From contig CM069159.1 in NCBI GenBank assembly GCA_035221665.1, positions 18,352,001 to 18,416,000 of the forward strand: 64,000 nucleotides of DNA. The letters are read 5' to 3'. Below, one piece after another: positions 24,870 to 37,454 of this stretch. The translations under genes were made by a program, and so were the position numbers. How positions within the stretch are numbered: the stretch's first letter is position 1; the number at the start of each line of letters is the position of its first letter. Source of the DNA: Okamejei kenojei (taxonomy: Eukaryota). The notes beneath the pieces are model-generated. The model was not told where the DNA came from, did no database searches, and saw only the letters and a list, made by a program, of their open reading frames with translations.

Positions 24870-24975
24870 TTTTCGAGACCTTTCATCAGTCTGAAGAAGG
24901 GTCTCAACCCGAAACATCACCAGCATTTTGTGTGATCTTCGAGCTAAGCCAGCATCTGCAGTTCCTTCCCACACA
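24870..24975 (+). mobile_element. PLE-terminus element with hammerhead core
   Basis: cagtctgaagaagggtctcaacccgaaacatcacc...ccagcatctgcagttccttcccacaca. Confidence 0.8.
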
Positions 24976-25929
24976 AAATTGAAAAACAGTTTGGCTGACT
25001 GTCTTATGGCTGAATAATTTTCTGAGTTGTCAACCAGTTGCAGGGAGTTCGACTTTGTGTGATACAAGGACACTGCGAGAAATGAATATTTAGTCAACAA
25101 ATTGGGAAGGAAAGATGAATATCTTGAAAACTAATCGGTTGAATCCAAACCAAGCTGAAATGTAAATTGCAGCCAGATGCAACACTGACACCAGATTCTG
25201 TGTTGAATTGATATGAATAAGCTTTGTAGGATGGAAGTGACATCTGTTTACGAGATCAACATTTTTGGCATGTTGTGAATGCATAAGAGTTCAATTAAAA
25301 ATTGTTTATCCCTATTCCCAAATATCTGTTGGCCCTTGAATCATGACCTCATGCCTTCATTTATGAGCATTCTGAGCCCAGAGGATCTAAGTACTTATCA
25401 AAAAAACATAATGGATCATTTAAAGTGGTTATTGCAAAACATTTACGGCAAGAATAAAGCCACTGCAAATATCAAAATCTCGTAAATACAGTATATATTG
25501 GGTGAAATCAATGATGATTTGATGTATCATTTTCATTTGCATGGTTGATCAATAGAAGGTGAAAATTTGGCATATTTAATTGTTTTGTTTAATTTTCTTG
25601 TCCACAGTTTTCTTTTGGAGCATTCCTGAAGATGCATCTTTTACTTCATAGTTTTAGTGCAGATATTCATTTTTTATCATTGTTAATAATCTAAAACCAT
25701 CACATGGCTCTCTAAAAAAACATGAACTCACTTGTGAGATCCTGCTGATATCACACATGAAAACATTTCACAACTTGGCTGAGATATTTTCTCCTTGCTT
25801 CCAGGACATGGATATTTGTCTTTGCATTGTTAAACGGAACGATTGAATTTCCTCAATCTGATCTTTGGCAGATGTAACACAATGTATACAGAATGGTGCA
25901 AGAACTAGTGCTAGGACTAGTGGAGTGCT

Positions 25930-26020
25930 GGATACAAAGTGGCGAGTAACTCAGCAGGTCAGGCGGCAAGTCTGGAGGACGTGGATAGGTGATGTTTCGG
26001 GTCGGGACCCTTCTTCAGAT
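25930..26020 (-). mobile_element. PLE-terminus arm with hammerhead core
   Basis: Reverse complement reads ctgaagaagggtcccgacccgaaacatcacc. Confidence 0.8.
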
Positions 26021-26365
26021 GTTTAAATTTTGTAACATAAGGTATGTTGGTTTTTATGCTGATCTGGATCCCAGCAGAGAGAGGAACATGAGAAAAAAAC
26101 AAGATAATCACATATAAACATTGAGCACTGGACAAAAAATGGAAAATATCTATCCCCTCTTAGACATCTATTAATTATATTATGAGCACAATGGGCAGCT
26201 GAACCTGGAACCTTTGGCATGAACATGATCCTCTGGTCAGAACTTGGCCTCTGGTGTAGACTGAGGCCTCTGCTCTGAGTCCCCCAGTAACTGAATACAA
26301 ATAAGAGGTTGCCCATTTCAGATAGACTCGAGGGGCATTTGATCTGGAGGTAGTGAGTCTATAGA

Positions 26366-27125
26366 ATCATAATCATATTTTATTAGCCTAGTATGTTTTG
26401 CAACACATGAACAATTTCATTTACCATACAGTCATACCAATAAAAAGCAACAGAACACACAAAATACATTTTAATATGAACATCCACCACAGTGACTCCT
26501 CCGCATTCCTCACTGTGATGGAAGGCGCAAAAAAGTTCAATCTCTCCCTTCTTTGACCTCCAGCAGTCGGGGCCTCTAACTTTCCGTTGACAGGATGATC
26601 TTTCTCTCGTACTTGGTGGCGGGCCTTCATCGCAGGGCGATCAAGTTCCTGCATTGGGGGGGGAGGGGGAGGGGGGAGAAATCACAGCAGGGTGATCTAC
26701 CCCAGGTCGGGGTTAGTCGAACGTCGTGCGGCCTTTGGAGCTTCCTGACGTCAGTCTCAACCCGAAACTGCGAGCTCTCGATGGTGAAATCCGCAGGCCG
26801 CCGTTGGAGCGTTGATCCCTGGCAAGGGATCGGCTCCGATGGTAAGTCCACGTCCCCGCGGTGGGGCTCAGAGTCGGTCCCGAGCGAGGCCTCCAGCTCC
26901 ACTATGTTTGGCCGCAGAGCGATCGGAGATACGATCCAGAAAACAATAGCATCTCTGGCGAGGTAAGAGATTGACAAAATGTTTTCCCTGGACTCCCCAC
27001 CCACCCCCCACATAAAACAAACCAGAGAACATTAACCCAAACTTGTATAACATACTAAAAATAACAAAAAATAAAGACGAACAGGACAGACATACTGTAG
27101 GCAAGGCTGCCATCGAAGCGCCACC
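26366..27125 (-). mobile_element. Young non-autonomous LINE derivative (CpG-rich body, Rex1/L2-like 3' tail) inserted into a CR1 3' end
   Basis: CpG-rich core 26620-26960; minus-strand 3' end ...ggctaataaaatatgattatga; CR1 3'-end sequence on both sides (26300-26365 and 27130-27325). Confidence 0.55.
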
Positions 27126-28704
27126 CGGTGGAATAAAAGGCCAATAGAAGTAAAGTCTTTGAATATTTCTGAGCAGTGATTTGCTAGATATTTCTTAAGC
27201 AAGGGATTAAAAGTCACGACAAGGAGTTGGGAACTCAGAACTGAGAATACAATCAGACAAGTTGTCATCTTATCAAATGTTGCAGCACACTTGAGGGACT
27301 GAGCAGCCTACTCTTGCTCCTAATTTGTATGTTTGCATGGCCTGTGTTTTTTAGGCAGAGGACAATAGCTAGTCATCCCAGATTTAAACTAATTACAAAT
27401 AATTTTACTGTTGAGTTGAGGAATTGGTCTGAAAGGGAGGCAGAAACCTTATTCACATTTGTGCTAAATATCTGCTATGCACTTGAACAATCAGATCAGA
27501 TGTGCTGTCAACCGAGAGCTGGAAACTGGAACCATTTGTGTTAACATTGGTAGGATGGGCCTAATGGACCAAATGGTCCCCTATGATTGAAATGGGTCCA
27601 GGAACACAGGACTTGCCTCATTGACAGAGGCCAACTTGTTGAGGTGTTTAAGACAGCGAGGGGCCCAAACAAAATTTTTGACCATGGTGAGATGTTAAAA
27701 AGCAGGGGTCACAGAGTTATGGTTATCACCTTTAAAATCAAAGATGCCATGAGGCAATTATTTCTTCATGCAACAAGCATGTTGACATTTGGATTGCATT
27801 GCCTGACCTGGTGATGGTTGCGGATTCAATGGTGGCTTTCAGCAGGGGATTTAGATTTGCTTTTGAGCGAGAGGGAGTGAGAGAGAGAATTGCAGAGCTC
27901 CAGTGGAGCAGAGTGAAACTAGTTACAGTGTTCTTGCAGTTTGACTGCCTCTTATGCACTTAGCACCATATGCTTCCTTGTGCGATTGAGCGTAAGGAGC
28001 TGGTTCTGAAAAATAACAATATTCCTAATAGGACTGTGAGTTCGTAATGGAGGGCCTGCGAGAAATTGGCAGTGCGGCTTTTAAAACTCTAAAAGGGTTG
28101 TTGCTAAAGACCATACAAGCAATGAAATAAACCCGGGAGAGGCCTTTCACTGATTAACAACACAGAGAGAGTCTCTGAATGAGTTCTCAACTAATACCTT
28201 CTTAGGTTATTGCTGCTGAAGTGGTGCAAAAATCACCTGCCACTTATCTGACAGATTCAAAATTATTAAATTAATCAGAATGTGTGCTAATCTATATATA
28301 TTTTTTTTAAAACCTCTCAGAGCAGTGAAAAATAATGCATAAAAGCTTAATATGTGGAATAAGCTAATTACTTGATTGAAGAATGTCTTGAAGCAAACTC
28401 GCTGAACTGCCATTTATTAATTGTCTTTTAATTGCCCTGTGTGATATAATCAAAGACATTTCCAATACAGGAGCTACTTTTTTTTTTTGCAATGCCCAGC
28501 CTTCTCAGATCCTATTTTCCTTTTCCTTCAGTCTTCAGTACTCATAATGTTATAATTTTTATTTGCAAACAGTTTTCAACTCATTATGGCAAAAGATAAT
28601 ATATTCTGAACCTTTTTTTGCACTGTTTGCCATGTTTGCATTTTACAAATGCAGGTAATGAGGATGGGGCTATCAAAATAACACAGTCAATTAATAGGGA
28701 CAAA

Positions 28705-29045
28705 AGGAAATGCAGGTGCTGGAATCTTGAGCAAAACATAAAAGTGCTGGAGTAACTTGGTGGGTCAGGCAGGATCTGCAGAGAACGTGGACAGGTGATG
28801 TTTTGGGTCGAGACCCTCCGTCAGATGTTATAGTTGGGGGAGAGTGGGGAAAAAAGGCGGGGGACAGGCCAAAACCTAGTGAGTGATGGGTGGATACAGG
28901 GAAGGTTAGATTGGCCGATGTGTTGATGAAAAGGAGACAAAAGGGTGTCTGATAATGAGAGAAGAGGACTGACATGTGCTCAGTGGGAAGGATATAGATG
29001 GAAGAAGATGATGTTGGGGGTGGGTGGGTGCAGTGGGTAGGGGTG
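28705..29045 (-). mobile_element. PLE pLTR remnant
   Basis: ggaaatgcaggtgctgg...ggtgatgttttgggtcgagaccctccgtcaga followed by purine-rich pLTR body. Confidence 0.7.
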
Positions 29046-29049
29046 ACTT

Positions 29050-29370
29050 AATGGCAGTGCTTGATACAATGGCGCCAACGACCTGGGTTTGATCCTGATC
29101 GTGGATGTTATCTATGTGGAGTTTACACGTACTCCCTGTGACTGCCTGTGGGTTTTCGATGTGTGCTCCGGCCTCCTCTTATATCTGAAAGACGAGTGGG
29201 CTTGTAGATTAATTTGCCTCTCTAAAAAAAAAAATGCCTATAGTGTATAGGGAGTGGATGAGAAAGTGGGACAACACACAATAGTGTAATGGGTGATCGA
29301 TGGTTGGTATGAACTCTGTTGGCTGAAGGCCTGTTTCCATGCTGTGTCTCTCTAAAATAAAAGTTAAAAC
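29050..29370 (+). mobile_element. HE1-like V-SINE, diverged
   Basis: gacctgggtttgatcctga, ggagtttacacgtactccctgtgac, tail ggctgaaggcctgtttccatgctgtgtctctctaaa. Confidence 0.8.
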
Positions 29371-29839
29371 TAAAACCTTACTTCCCAGATTATCTCTTAC
29401 GTTTGCAATTTTGCCTTGACTGTTTTCATTCTCCCTCGACACTCTTTGGCCGCACTGCAATGAGCTGACATCAGCAAGTCCAGGCCCAGAGTAGTGTGAC
29501 TGATGGGACATTCAGAACTCTTGAATTGCCTCTAAAGTACAAGGCAATTCCTCCCTCAAGACATTCAGCAACACTTGAGCCCATTTAGCCTTCTGTAAAC
29601 AACAAAAGCCCTGCAGACCTCCAACCTTTTCGCCAAGACTCGTGAAGTCTCAATCACCATAATGGCATCGTCAAACTTAAATGATTTATGCCTTCCACCA
29701 GTGTTGAGCTTCTCACCTTCCACCTTTCCAGTGTCCCTAGATCAAGGAACGGTACAGCACTGGAACAGGCTCTGTCGCTCACTTTGTCTGTGCCGTTCAT
29801 GACGCCAAATTAAAATATTCACGTCTACTTGCACGTGAT

Positions 29840-31520
29840 TTATAACCCTCTATCCGCATTCCAGCTGATGCTCCAATTAGCTGATTGTTATGTGATATCC
29901 ATACAAACTGTGAACTTTTCCTATGATCTGTTTCTGGTCAATATAGTGAGTATTCCTGTCCCTTCTAATGTTGGGCCACTTGATATTCTAAATTTAGACT
30001 GCTCAAAATGGGCTGCCCTTCACCTCAGGGCTTTCTGCCAGGGTACATTCTTCGTCTTCACTTGATGTTTGCTCCACACATTTGTTTTCCCACAACATTG
30101 TGGTCTTTGTGGACTCTTGAGGAATGGAGTTCTTCCGATCAAATATCTCACTGCTGTATGAATGCAAGCTTTGCTTTAGTTGCTGCCCTTCACCACTTGT
30201 TGGCACATACCCGAACAGACCGCACTACCAATCCACGACTTTCAAAAAAATTATCTTGTATTCTCCTTCGAATGGAACTAAAGTTCCATTCTTGATTGAT
30301 ATTATCAGTCAGCACTATAATCCCACTCTTGGGAATATCATCTTCCCATACACTGCCATCGAATTGTACCATAAAATTTGACTTTATTCTACTCGGTTCT
30401 TGTTAGCATGTAACCTTTGCATACATTTGCCCTGCATCCAACATGCTTTCTCCCGAGAAGATGGCATGTTTAACTGTTAAGCTCTGCATTTTTTACCCAA
30501 GACTGCACTTTTGTCTTCAGATGGCTGTTGGTAAACACCACCTGCACTGGTGCCCATGCACTGCTCTTAATCACCACACCCATCTCCTCACAGAGAGCTG
30601 TGTCTCTGCTGTACTCTCACCCTATTACATTTCCTACTCCCTGCTCAGGTAGTCATCAACTTCTAATTTGAATCTGAAGCCATCTGAAGACAAATGTGAA
30701 AACTTGAGTAAAAAGCTGAGCTTAACGGTTAAACATGCCTACTTCCCTGGAGAAAGCAAGTTGGACGCTGGGCAAATGTGTGCAAAGGTTACATGATTGA
30801 ACCTATGTTCAGGATGGAAACCCCTGAACATAAATTGTTCAGGGGCTTCCACCCATTGTGAAACATGCTCCACCCAATGGCATTTATGGTAATGGATCAT
30901 CTTAAATAAACATACTGAGGCGAGATACGAGGTACCAACTGTGTGCATCTACATAATTAGCAGCCACATTGCCTTTCATCATGTTAGATTTTAGTGGAAC
31001 CCATTTGTAGCTTCTGCTTAACTTGGCAATGAAGAAGATGACCACACTTCTATTGCTATCACCTCCGTGTGTGAATCGTAGTCAGAGTGAAAATTCTTGT
31101 AATCTGTCAGTGCCACCTCCATCTCTGTACTGTTGGCTGCTGTGTACAGTTCACTCAATATATAGTCTAACACATTCGGTGATTTTGCCTGAACTCTCTT
31201 GTTGGCCTATCCATGCCCCAAATGATCTGTAAAATCTCAACATAAAACGACGCTGGAATCCCCAACGCATGGTCAGTGTCTTTAGCTTGACTGCTCAAAT
31301 GCCTGCTGTTCTCCCTGGTCCTGGCTGCATCAAGCATGGGTTAAAATGTACCGCGGGATATGTAAAAGACCTTGTCTGTGATGGGTGTTTATACACTCTT
31401 CAACTTCTCACATGTCTTGGGCCTTGCATTAGCACCATACTCTTTTTGAGTACTGCCACATTGCATTTTCCTGTTCCTTTCCTTGGACCTGAAATAATAT
31501 TGACAGTCCACAAATAATTG
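29840..31520 (-). mobile_element. Possible very old LTR-retroelement pol remnant (RNase H / integrase-like)
   Basis: Minus-strand GEYKIIFLKVVDW*CGLFGYVPT (about 30270-30200) resembles integrase G.KY.LV.VD.FS.W....PT; DSHTEVIAIEVWS near 31050 resembles RNase H TDS..V..G...W; weak similarity only. Confidence 0.3.
30407..30795. repeat. ~120 bp imperfect inverted repeat with ~150 bp spacer
   Basis: 30407-30526 catgtaacctttgcatacatttgccc...tcttcagatggct is the reverse complement of 30678-30795 agccatctgaagacaaa...gggcaaatgtgtgcaaaggttacatg. Confidence 0.85.
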
Positions 31521-31589
31521 TAGTCTATTCTCACTCGTATTTCAGTGAGAGATCTGCTACGCTCCACCCACTCCTAAAATTATCCCCTA

Positions 31590-32290
31590 GTCACCCTGCT
31601 CCTTTCCCCTTCTTCATACACTCATGTTCCATCCCCATATGCCCCATTAAACTTTTATCTCCCCCCCCCCCCCCACATCCCCCATCTCCTTCCACACATA
31701 TCCCTCAGTCTGGCTTTAAATTTCACTCCTCCTCTTATCTCGTTAGTTAGTTTAGAGGGTACAGCACAGAAACAGGCCCTTCAGCCCACCAGGTCCACAG
31801 CGACCAGCGATCCCTGCACACTAACACTATCCTTCACATGCTAGAAACAATTTGCAATTATACCAAGCCAATTAGCCTACAAACCTGTACGTCTTTGGGA
31901 GTGTGGGAGGAAACCAAATTTCTCGGAGAAAACCCATGCAGGTCACAGGGAGAATGTACGATCTCTGTACAGACAGCACCCGTAGTCAGGGTCGAACCCC
32001 GGTCTCTGGCGCTGTAAGGCAGCAATTCTACCGCTACGCCACCGTACCATTATCTAACATCCATTTGTCTCTTTACATCGCCAGCATTTGTCATTGTTCC
32101 ACCCATCTGTTAATCAAACCCCCCTCAACAGTTTGCACATCACTTGCCAGACTTTGTCCCACACCCTCCTCTCTTTTCCTGCCCTCTCCCTCCACTCCAA
32201 TCAGTCTGTCCCAACCCGAAACGTTGTCTGTCCATTCCCTCCACAGAAGCTACCTCAACCACAGAGTATATTCAGCACTTTATTTTCTGC
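31590..32290 (+). mobile_element. PLE pLTR remnant split by a SINE insertion
   Basis: Pyrimidine-rich pLTR body, caatcagtctgtcccaacccgaaacgttgtc hammerhead remnant and family 3' arm. Confidence 0.65.
31743..32047 (-). mobile_element. HE1-like V-SINE, full length, 6 bp TSD ttatct
   Basis: B-box gggtcgaacccc on reverse strand, V-domain and tail; ttatct at 31735-31740 and 32050-32055. Confidence 0.92.
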
Positions 32291-32547
32291 ATGAGACCAT
32301 AAATTACACATAAATTATACTTAAATATCACAAGACTGTGAAAAGGAAAATAATAAATATACAATGCATTTTTAAGTGATAGTCTCACGCAGGAAATAAC
32401 AGCATGTTGATAATGTAGATTCAGTAACATTTGACTTTCACTCCCCTGTGAAAATAATCCCTAATCTGCACAAAACTTCTTTTATAACTGTATTTCCTCA
32501 ATCCAATGAATATTTTGTGATAAACACACAGGAGTTTGCAGAGAAAA

Positions 32548-32730
32548 TGTGTAGGAAGCAACTGCAATGCTAGTTTAAACCGAAGATAGACACAAAATGC
32601 TGGAGTAACTTAGCGGGACACGCATCATTTCTGGAGAGATGAATGGGTGCCATTTCGGGTCAAGGCCTGAACTTCTGAAGAAGGGCTTTCTTCCTCTCCC
32701 GCTGAGTTACTCCAGCATTTTATGTCTATC
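32548..32730. mobile_element. Palindromic PLE-terminus element
   Basis: tgtgtaggaagcaactgc...gatagacacaaaatgctggagtaact mirrored by gagttactccagcattttatgtctatc. Confidence 0.85.
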
Positions 32731-34261
32731 AAGACTTTGCAACGCATTTGAATCCTTCCTTTTTAGTGGTCGCCAAAACTCTGAAACAGTGATACAGCTG
32801 CAGAAAAAAGGGCATGTACAAAATCCATTTCCTATTCATGTTTTTGATTTCAACGTCTATTGAATAAAGGATTTGTAGTTCCTTTTTGATGGCTGCTTTT
32901 ACTTGCTCTTGCATTTTTTTTTTACCTGTGAATGGCAAGATCTCTCTGATTTATTCCACGTAAAATGTTCTGTCGATGGCAGAATACACTATAATCTATG
33001 GCCATGGCACATCATAAATTTCGACAATAAGCCAATGACACAATAAGAGAATGATGTCCATTGAGTGATTAAATATTAGTGAGCAGAGAACTCCCCTGAT
33101 AGTTCCCTGCATCAGCATCATGGAATCTTTGATATCCACTTCAGAAGACTTTAGTTTATTATCTCACTTGAAGGATAATACATAATCCTTCCGACTATTC
33201 CTTTTTATTATGTTGCGGCAGCGATCTGGATTCTGTGATGAAAGCTTTGAAATGGGACTTGAATTTGCAGGTGTGTTAATTTGGTTATGTATTTGCCTCA
33301 TCATGTCCTTTTTCACAATAACATACAAGGCCTGTTTCAAGTCCATTTAAAGATATCATGCTAAAATAATTAAGCCAGTGTGTTTGGACCCATGCCAATT
33401 GTTGTTACATTTTTTAGGTCCAAAAAGTTTGTTCCAGAATTTATTGTATTTAGTGTGCTGGCCAGATATTAAACACTTCAATTAATTGATTTTTCAAAGG
33501 GCATTTGGAGCGGTGAATTGGAACGTATCTGATTTTTGTATTCCACGATGCCTATTGTAAATTAATTTCACCTCTTGACTGAACACAACCGAAAGCAGGC
33601 TGAATGAATTAAAAAGGACGACATTATGTCTTTTCTTTTAAAGGTTCATTTGAACTAGCTAAACTTTAATGTGATGCAAATGTCTGTCTGACAGTGAAGA
33701 ATGTTGATGAGGGTGACATTAAGATAAAGAGCATAAGAAAATGACAGTTCAGAAGCCTTGTCACGCCATGTTGAGAATGATGTAACTGTGAATAGCAATA
33801 AGCTTCAGCAGTGACAATGAGTGTAAGGGGAAAGAATGTGACCATTCATCTTTCAAGAGTCTTCGTAATTCCCTTTTAATGCTAAGAAGTTCAAACGTAT
33901 CATCCAGAGAACATTAAACGCTATTGAATTGCTTTTACTTGGCCTTGCATAGTCATTGCATAAAAAAAGTAATTGTTCCAGATCTGGAATGGAGAAATGT
34001 CAAATCTGTTTTTTAAATTAGACTCTGGAATTTTTTACTGCTTCAAAGGTTATTATTAAGTAACTTCAAGCATTTTTAAATGCAAATAAGAGAGATTTTT
34101 GTTCATTTATGACGAAGTAGCAATTATTGGAATGTCCATACATTTTGAAAAGCCAACTATAATTCGTTGCAATAGACGACTATTTGCTGGTGATGGGGTT
34201 ATGTATTTCTAGAGGCTGGAAAAATTACCAGTTCAGCGTCCTTGGCAAATTAGATATATTT

Positions 34262-34488
34262 GTTTAGGAAGAAACTGCAGATGCTGGATTACATTGAAGA
34301 TAGACACAAAATGCTAGAGTAACTCAGCGGGACAGGCAGAATCTCTGGATATAAGAAGTGGGTGACGTTCTTCAGACTGAAGCTTCCTCAGTTAGAAGAA
34401 GGGTCTTGACCCGAAACGTCTCCCATTCCTTGTATATTGAGATGCTGCCTGTCCCGCTGAATTAAATCAGCATTTTGTGTATATCTTG
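34262..34488. mobile_element. Palindromic PLE-terminus element
   Basis: Inverted arms; gaagaagggtcttgacccgaaacgtc in the + arm; imperfect flanking repeat tatatttgtt/tacatttgtt. Confidence 0.85.
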
Positions 34489-35277
34489 GGTACATTTGTT
34501 GTTTTCTACATGTTGCATTTCTTTTTGAGCAATTTCAAAAGGAATCATAAGCACTTCATTTCAGCATCTGATTTTGAATGGAGCACAGAAACTCTTAACA
34601 AATTATTTTTGATTACCAAACTGACGTCCCGAGCCATATTATATTTAAAAATAATTAAGGAGTTCAGAAAGTTCCAATTTGGTGGGGAATTATTAGCAGA
34701 TGGCCACACAACTGCCAATATTTTCCTGGGCAACTGGCAACAACTTATGGTCTCCACTGTGACTTCCGGCGTCCTCATCTGTACATGGTATTTTTTGCAA
34801 GATTATTTGCAGGTTTTGTTATCTTCACGGACTGAGAACTTGTTCAATTTGTACGCTGCTTTGGAGAATGCACTTATGCAACCTATATCGGATTAAACTT
34901 GACACAAAAAACTGTGTGTCCTTCATTCAAATGGTTGAAAAAGGTCAAATGAAGTTTAGTTACATATCATAAAGTTACATTTTAAAATTACTTCAGATTA
35001 CTTAAATGTCAGCTTTGGCCATTTAAGTGCTTTAAGGCTTTTTTTTTTTTAAATTTGCTCTTCTAAATGTTTTGAATATTTATAGCCTGTGGTTGTTGTT
35101 TTAGACCAGGGATGCAGAATACAGATTAGCCAAAATATTATTTGTACTGATGCATGGGGAGTCACTATTCTTGCCTCCTGTGTTCCAGTGGTGAACAGAA
35201 CATAGATCAAGACAGGAGTATCTCAAATGGAGAGAGAAGCACCAAACTGACTCCCTTGTGAAAAGTCGACATGTTAG

Positions 35278-35411
35278 AAGTCGGAAGAAGGTTCTTGACC
35301 TGAAATGTTGCCCATTCCTTCTCTCCAGAGATGCTGCCTGTTCCGCTGAGTTACTCCAGCTTTTTGTGTCTATCTTCAGTTTAAACCAGCATCTGCAGTT
35401 CCTTCCTACAC
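35278..35411 (+). mobile_element. PLE-terminus arm
   Basis: agtcggaagaaggttcttgacctgaaatg...ccagcatctgcagttccttcctacac. Confidence 0.85.
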
Positions 35412-36379
35412 TTAGATCAATGCAACACAAGAACAGGCTCTTCGACCCACAATGTCTATTCCGAAAATGATGCAAGAACAACACTTATCTGCCTGTACAC
35501 AATCCATATCCCTCCACTCCCTGCAACTCCATATGCTTAACAAAATTACACAAAAACACAGAATATGGTTAATTTTGTTGGAAATCTGGTGGAAAATTCT
35601 GGAGCATTTTTTATTATTAAAATGTTGTTTGGATGCTATTTCTCAAACATTTAAACATTCCAATGCTGATCCAATAATTTGTCCGTGCTGATTCCTGGAC
35701 TTACCCAAGGCATCTGCCAAAAAGATTGGATAGTAGATACTAGATAGTTGAATATTTTCGACTTTGGAATTATCCTGCTTGGATCTTGGGAAATTAAATG
35801 GGGTGCGACAGCAGGAATAAATCTGAATTGGCAAAGCTCTCAGATTGTTTTTTTAATGATGATGTCCAAACAAGAAAAACAAATTCATTTGTTTAAAATA
35901 ATCCTTTTTTTACTTGTACATATGACACCAAGTCTGCTGCAGGAATTAAATTAATCATAGCTCTGGCATTAAATTGCAGCCAGTCCAAATATTTAATGTG
36001 AGTATTGGCATACTCAATAACATCATTGTCCTCTCTCACACAGTGAGAACATAGCATTTCAAAATTCATCCAAGGAATCTCTTGTTTAAATGGGTTCCAA
36101 AAATTGTGTTACTCCTAGACAAGTGCAAGGGCTAAGGCTTATCTACACACTTTACATTCCCATGCTCAACTCACTTGTCATCAAAGCCTCCTGTCCTTGA
36201 ATGACAGGTCTTGCAGTGTTGAAACAAACAGATGGATCTGACTCATGTAACAAAGTGTTCTGCTGTCTTCAAGGGATGGATTTTTATAAGGTTTTGACAA
36301 GAAAGCAAAAAGTAATTGAAAGTACTTCAGTGTGGCTTGGTTTATGTTGGAGGTGCACAAGAGTGGATGACAAGAGGTT

Positions 36380-36646
36380 GACCGACTGCCTTCATGCCAG
36401 AGACCCAGGTTTGAGCCTGATCACAGATGCTGTCTGTACGGAGTTTGTACATTCTGTGACCACGTGGGTTTTCTCTAGGTGCTTCGGTTTCCTCCCACAC
36501 TCCATAGATGTGCAGCTTTGTAGGTTACTTAGCTTCTGTAAATTGTCTCCGGTATGTAGGAAGGTGTTAGTGTATGGGGTGGTCGCTGGTTGGCATGGCA
36601 TTGTTGGGCTGAAGGGCCTGTTTCCATGCTGTATCTTTAAAGTCTA
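36380..36646 (+). mobile_element. HE1-like V-SINE
   Basis: gccagagacccaggtttgagcc, ctgtacggagtttgtacatt, tail gggctgaagggcctgtttccatgctgtatcttt. Confidence 0.85.
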
Positions 36647-37454
36647 AAGAACCAAAGAGAGAAAAGCAGGAACAAAACGAAAGGTACTTCAAGCAACAAG
36701 GTTAACACGATAATTATAGAAAATGATAAAGTAATGCCGAGGTGATCTAAATTAGCAGCAGTGTTGTGGAGGTTAAACTCATTGAGTGCATAAGAGATGG
36801 TTTTTTCAGAGAATTTAGATCTGGTGGTGCAATGAGCAAAGGTTAATAGGCTCTTTGGGGCAGTTAGGGAGTCTTTAGGGAAAATTAAATATGGTACTGA
36901 TTTAGTTCAATCTGAAACCAGAATCTTAAATCTAAGCTGAGAAACCTACAAAGTTATGTGACGTGATTTAGTTATGGTAGTTGAGGAAATAATGTTAAAA
37001 AATATAACAGTATATAGATTATGCTGAACGTTGTTTACAACAATTTATTTTAGATATATCTTCTTAAGGTAGTTCAAAGTTGGTCTAGCTCTGGCCGGCT
37101 GGAAGAATTAAAGACAGTATTTCATCATAGGATAAGGATGATGAATGTCAAAAGGAGCGCTGAAGTCTTAACATTTAAACCTTGAGATTTCAACAAAGAA
37201 GACTAAAAGAGTAAAATAAAAAAAACCCTGAGATGAATGAGAAAATACATGGAAATAAAAGAGAAACATAAAAAGGAAAGGTGGAGCAATGATTAACATG
37301 GGGCCCTTCTTACCAAAATTTGAGAAAATATGTATTGATTGGGTAAGTTTAGTCTGGCTTTAGCTTTAATCCTTACAGAGAGAGAGACTGAGGGATGATC
37401 TCAGGCGGTGTATAAAATGATTTAACCTTTCTATGCCCCTCATGATTTTATGCA

